This document shows, in pieces, positions 59,136 to 64,000 of a stretch of DNA of 64,000 nucleotides. A model generated the notes under the pieces. It made no database searches. It was given only the letters and a program-made list of their open reading frames with translations, and was not told where the DNA came from. The position numbers were made by a program, and so were the translations under genes. The stretch's first letter is position 1. Every line of letters starts with the position of its first letter. This DNA is from Penicillus capitatus (taxonomy: Eukaryota; Plantae; Chlorophyta): assembly GCA_965649825.1 (NCBI GenBank), contig OZ287701.1:485101-549100 (forward strand). Reading direction: 5' to 3'.

Positions 59136-62100
59136 TCAAGGGGCCAACAAGTCTTCCAGCTTGGAACGGACGTCCTCGGGACATGAGGTGCTAGCTTTTG
59201 TGCCAATGAGATCCAAAGGTATTTTACCCTTTGCGGTGATTAACTTGGATGCCCCGGCGTCCAGAAGAACCTGAAGCAAGACCGGTCGAGCGAAATGAGA
59301 AATAACGTATCTGGTGTTTACCATGACGATCTCTATCTCGCCATCTTCTGCGGCGATATGAAGCGATGTGCGTCCTTTTTCATTCGCGGCGTTTACGTTA
59401 GCTGCGCCGCCCAGGAGAACCTAAGTGTAGACTGGTTGAGCGAAATGAAAGAAACGTATTCGGTGTGCTCACCTCGGCGATCTCTGTATTGCCATTACTA
59501 ACAGCGAGGTGAAGCGGTGTCGATCCGAAAGAGCCGACAGCGTCGACATTGGCACCGGCATCGAGAAGAACCTGAGAGAACAACTGGTCAAGCACCGTGC
59601 ATAGCAACGTGTTTGGTGCTCACCTTGACCATCTCCACGGTAACATTTCCAGCAGCTGAGTGAAGCGGTTTGTTTCCTTCTTCGTCACTAGCGTCGACAT
59701 TGGCACCGGCATCGAGAAGAGCCTGAGGAAACTTGTGATTGGTCAAGAAGTTGTGAGATGCTTCTCAAGCTCACCTTCGCGACATCCGTAAGACCTTTCT
59801 CTGCTGCGTAAAACACTGGAGACCAGCCGTAGTCATTGCCGACGTTTGGATCTGCGCCTCTTTTTAAGAGTTCCTGTTGATCTCATTAGAGTATTGCACA
59901 AGCTTCAGTGAGATGCACCTTTACGAGGTCATGGTATCCCCTTGTAACAGCTATGTACAATGGCGTCATTCCGTTGCGTGGCCGTATGAATGCACAGAAA
60001 GACGAGGAGATCCATAGCTGCAAAACACTTTCAGAAGAGGAGAATCGACATACCATTCACCTCCGAGAATAAACGATCTCGCTCTTTATGATACTCCAGA
60101 AGATTGCCATCATCAACGACGACGTTTACACTGTCCTCAGTTGCAAGCGCCTATGATAGCTTTGCTTTGCATGACGCATCACGAGGCCAACGGGCGCACC
60201 TTGACAACCTCTAGTTTGCCGTAAAAACATGCACAATGCAGCGCTGTTTCTCTTTCTTCGTCGGCAGCCAAACCGTTTGCCCCTCTGCTGATAAGCATCT
60301 TGTCAGACAGCCCGATTATATTTGTTAACTGTCGGCGGAAAAAGCACCTCCACTGCTTCTACACTTCCGAACTGTGCCGCCTTGTGCAAAGCCGTCACTC
60401 CGTTTTCGTCGACGGCATTTATCTTTACTCCGTGATCTAGCAGCCACTGACGGCGACACATCAGAGCAGATACAGGATGCAACTCCACTCACATCGACGG
60501 CCTCTGCATCGCCGTTTTGCGACGAAACAAATAGAAGTGTTGTCGCCTCGTTCATGCTGACGTTCACATCGATGAGCAACTGATCGACGATGGACGTCCA
60601 ACAGATCTCTGGGCACGAGGAACTCACTTTCATAATCTCGAACTGCTTTTCGTCTGCCGATACGAGCAACGGCGTCCATCCATTTGCATCGGCCATTTCC
60701 TTATCTGCTGCATTTTCGACGAGCATCTGAACACCTCTCGCGTGAAAGAGAGGAGCAGGGTGTCGACGTTTGTACTCTCGCGACATTCAGCTGTCCAGAC
60801 GCCGAGGCGATGAGCAGTGGTGTCTGTTCTTCGTTGTTCCTTGCATTCACATCCGCCCCGTTGGTAACAAGCACCTACACCGTCCATCTGTAAGTTCGTG
60901 AATCGCGAAACGGTGCTGTCGCCTGCACGATTTCTGCATGTCCGTTCTCTGCTGCGACATGCAATGCAGTCCACCCGTCCTCCCGAATGGCCTCGACATG
61001 GGCTCGTAGACCGATCAACATCTGTTCTCGATGGCATTTGATGATCAACTTGGGGGAGAAGACGGACTGACTGACCTCGACGATATCCTTTCGTCCTTGA
61101 TTCGCCGCCACGTGCAAAGGCGTTTGTCCATAGAGATCCCTCGCCTCGATACGCGCCCCAGCTTCGATGAGTGCCTACCGATGACACGATGTCCGTGATG
61201 CAGGTCACGGACAGAGCTAGGCGTTACCTTGACGACCTCGGCATGTCCAAAAACTGCGGCTTTGTGTGCAGGGGTTTCATGGTTCCTGTCCGAAGAGTCA
61301 GGGTTCGCTCCCTTCTCTAAGAGAATCTGTAGTCCACATGTGTGTGAGAAGTCGTCAGCATACTGGCATCTGGGTTACCTTAGTGACGTCTAGGTGTCCG
61401 TTTCTCGACGATAAGCTCAGTGGCGTCTCTCCTTCGATGCTAACAGCATCGATGTCAACCCCGAAATCTAACAGAGCCTAAAGCAGGCACCGTTTTCTAT
61501 CTAGGATTTCCACAGAAAGACAAAAATGGCAGATATAGGCAATGACTATGCGACGGTTCTGGTCACTTTGTTGTCTTCCGAAGCAGAAAGCAAAGAAAAC
61601 TGCTTCCGGCAATTCGCCCACAGTTGCCGTTTGTGTTAGCACAGTAAGAAACTCGGGCTGTGTGTACTGCTCACCTTGACCACCAGTTCCGAACCATATC
61701 TCGCTGCAATGTGCAACGGAGTCAGATGGTCTTTGTTCTTTCTGCCAATATCACCATTCTGCGCTTTGAGAACCTGAAGACATCCAGTGTGAGCCATGTA
61801 CAGACACCGACGAGCGAACATTCCCCCCGCTCGAGGAGCGACCAACCTCAACACTTCGGCGGGCATTGAAAGCCGCTGCCCAGTGAAGAAGTGTCGAGCC
61901 CTGTACAAGATAATCACGTTTCGCCTTGTCATCGTAGTATGTCGCATTGGTCGACAGTTCTCCGAAAAGGCCACCCCACACTGTGGATTCGGCATCATTC
62001 CTGAGAGCCTTCAACGTTTCCTGTCGACGTACTCCAACTCTTAACAGCGAAGATTTCTTGTTGTCTTCACCAGGAGCTGCAGCCGCAAGGGGGTCTCTTT

Positions 62101-62160
62101 CTTGGTGTCGAGTGAGTCGCCGAGGTCTTCCCTCGTCTCCTCGTCGAAAGCCTTCGGCAT
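59136..62160 (-). CDS. Ankyrin-repeat protein with one repeat per exon (about 16 repeat exons)
   Basis: Exons such as VLKAQNGDIGRKNKDHLTPLHIAARYGSELVVK (61773-61675, 99 nt), ALLDFGVDIDAVSIEGETPLSLSSRNGHLDVTK, ALIEAGARIEARDLYGQTPLHVAANQGRKDIVE ... VLLGGAANVNAANEKGRTSLHIAAEDGEIEIVM, and terminal VLLDAGASKLITAKGKIPLDLI...SKLEDLLAP*. ATG at 62160 is tentative; upstream exons are possible. Confidence 0.9.
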
Positions 62161-63198
62161 CTAGGTAACCTCTCCGTACAACAAGCGTTAAGCAGTCGGC
62201 TTCGGCGTAAGGTCCGTTTATGCTGACAGCCAAGATGGCAGGCATGTAGCGCGTTCTTGCACGGCAAGCATGACGGGACAACGAAGCATCCGAAGAGGCA
62301 GAGATGGCTGTACACGTTTACATAGGTCTTCCACAGTAGAACACAACATAGAAACGCTAGAGTCAAAGCATCCATGAGCCAAAGAAGTCGGTCTCATGCA
62401 TCGACGAGGCCTGATATGCTTCAATGCATCCAGCACGCTCATCTAGTGCAGGAACAAAGTAATCAGCATGATGCGACCTTCTCCCTGTTTTGAGCAACGT
62501 GCATATGGACTGTGGAGAAAAACGGAGATCGGAATCAAGGTCTAGTCCAGAAGTTTCGTTCGACACATACAGGCGTTCGACTCATCTCTTGTACGAACAA
62601 CTGCATAGAATCTCGCTAATCAGAGGAAATAGAAGAAACACGTGCAGAGATCCTTGGACACTGCACATCTTTGCACGTCGTCGACGAGCGGATCGTTGAT
62701 CTACCGGCCGTGACTGTTGCGCCTAACCACGTTTGCAAACCTTAGATTGCAAGATGAGCTCGGAGAGATGAGAGTGTCCAGAGAGGCCCAAGGCCGGGGA
62801 GAGTGTGTTTTTGTTACTTCAGAGAAGATCGCATAGAACAACAGACGGATTTAAGGCATCGAGCAAAAGCAGCACTTCGTGACTCACTCTGCACGTTTGG
62901 CAACTCACAAAGACCGTTCAAGAACGCTGAAGTGACAGTCATTCTGATTCGCGCCACTGCTCTCAGCTGGGAGAGTGCAATGACAGCAGAATATGCACAG
63001 GTTACTTCCACACGAGACGGTTGAGTACAAAGAGCCACGTCAGATTCAATAAGTTCAGTTTCGTCGGACCTGACGCCGAACTGCGGTCCGCCTGCCGCAT
63101 GAAACGACGTCTAGAAAGATAAACGACTGCGACATCGCGCATGTCATCCGTCGCCCGGCAAACTGCAACCCCTTCTTCTATCGCATCTGGCATCTGGA

Positions 63199-63801
63199 TT
63201 GCAGTCGAGGATGAGAGTTTGGCAGTGTGCGTTGCGCGGGGACGGACGGGAATCTTGTCCTGGGTCTGAAGGTGACAGAGTCGAGGCCACGCTCTTCCCA
63301 TGCCTATATGAGACCTACCCGTCGGACAACAATATCATCGGAGGAAGTCTCCAAGTAGACGAACCCGTTGGAGTCACGTTTAATAAGCTTTCCATTGCGT
63401 TTGGCGTCATAGCCCTTGTCGTCTGGGTCGTGGGAATCATTCGTTTGAGACAAGAAATCCGAAATGGAAACAGCCCCCTGATCGCCTTTCTGGTCTACGT
63501 TTTCGTTGTCGCCGTCGGAAGTGTCGTCTGTGGCGTCCTGCTGCAATTGCAACTAAACGATTCCTCGGATGTCGTCTGTCGAGGTTACACTTCTCTGTTC
63601 GGGGAGTACGTGGAGTGTGCTATCGGTTATGTGTGCAATGGCAACAAGTTGGAGAAGGAGAATGACGGTTCGGATGTTGCACTCATGCTGTTCTTTTGTG
63701 CCTCTGCTTTTCTCTCCCCTGTCTTCGGCGCAGTAGCTTTGATGGTCGTCATCGTGACAGACGTCTTGCAATGTGACTGTTTCGTGTTCTTTCCCAACTG
63801 A
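63199..63801 (+). CDS. Small multi-pass membrane protein of unknown function
   Basis: 200-codon ORF with three hydrophobic stretches (LSIAFGVIALVVWVVGII; LIAFLVYVFVVAVGSVVCGVLL; VALMLFFCASAFLSPVFGAVALMVVIV) and a Cys-containing loop. The true start is uncertain. Confidence 0.55.
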   Translation: MQSRMRVWQCALRGDGRESCPGSEGDRVEATLFPCLYETYPSDNNIIGGSLQVDEPVGVTFNKLSIAFGVIALVVWVVGIIRLRQEIRNGNSPLIAFLVYVFVVAVGSVVCGVLLQLQLNDSSDVVCRGYTSLFGEYVECAIGYVCNGNKLEKENDGSDVALMLFFCASAFLSPVFGAVALMVVIVTDVLQCDCFVFFPN

Positions 63802-64000
63802 CGGATCAATTCTGAATGTCGCAGTCGACGTCTACAGATTCTGAGATGTTTGGCAATCGATACGGTTCATTCACACTGGAAAACGAGAATACGTTCAATC
63901 TAATAAAAAATACGTCCGTCGTCTGGTTGTCGTAGTCACAATTCATATCCTTCCAACCTCACCTGTTGCACATTGGTGTCTGTCTGTTAGCATCCATACG

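Noticed and set aside
62161-63100. A trypsin domain upstream of the second ankyrin gene, expected from paralogy
   Set aside because: I found no TAAHC, DxxL or GDSG motifs in any minus-strand frame here.

Overview
Eukaryotic nuclear DNA, about 50% GC, compact and intron-rich. Most spliceosomal introns are 45-70 nt, and the standard genetic code is used. The gene content (callose synthase, NADH-type nitrate reductase, F-box Tubby protein, PRP40) points to a chlorophyte green alga. A siphonous/ulvophycean-like lineage is only my inference. Because genes are split by many short introns, most entries in the ORF track are exon fragments or antisense shadows, so I rebuilt gene models by hand from GT/GC-AG boundaries. 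The first ~27 kb is a tightly packed housekeeping block: GT48 glucan synthase, a coiled-coil protein, a TIME FOR COFFEE-like protein, an L28e-like protein, a nuclear-encoded group II intron maturase with a dead RT site and spliceosomal introns, a Tubby F-box protein, a bromodomain-PEHE protein, nitrate reductase and PRP40. From ~27.4 kb the window becomes an accessory, recognition/defence-like region. It holds secreted Cys-rich and PAN/apple proteins, two Pmp-like beta-helix membrane proteins with recent internal tandem repeats (165 bp and 153 bp), a BAHD acyltransferase, a decayed STAND/NLR-like winged-helix-TPR pseudogene and a catalytically dead RNase H. It also holds two paralogous ankyrin genes in which nearly every repeat is one 99-nt phase-0 exon; one of them is fused to a secreted trypsin-like protease. 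No rRNA, tRNA, CRISPR array or intact transposon was recognised. All coordinates are manual and may be off by a few bases.
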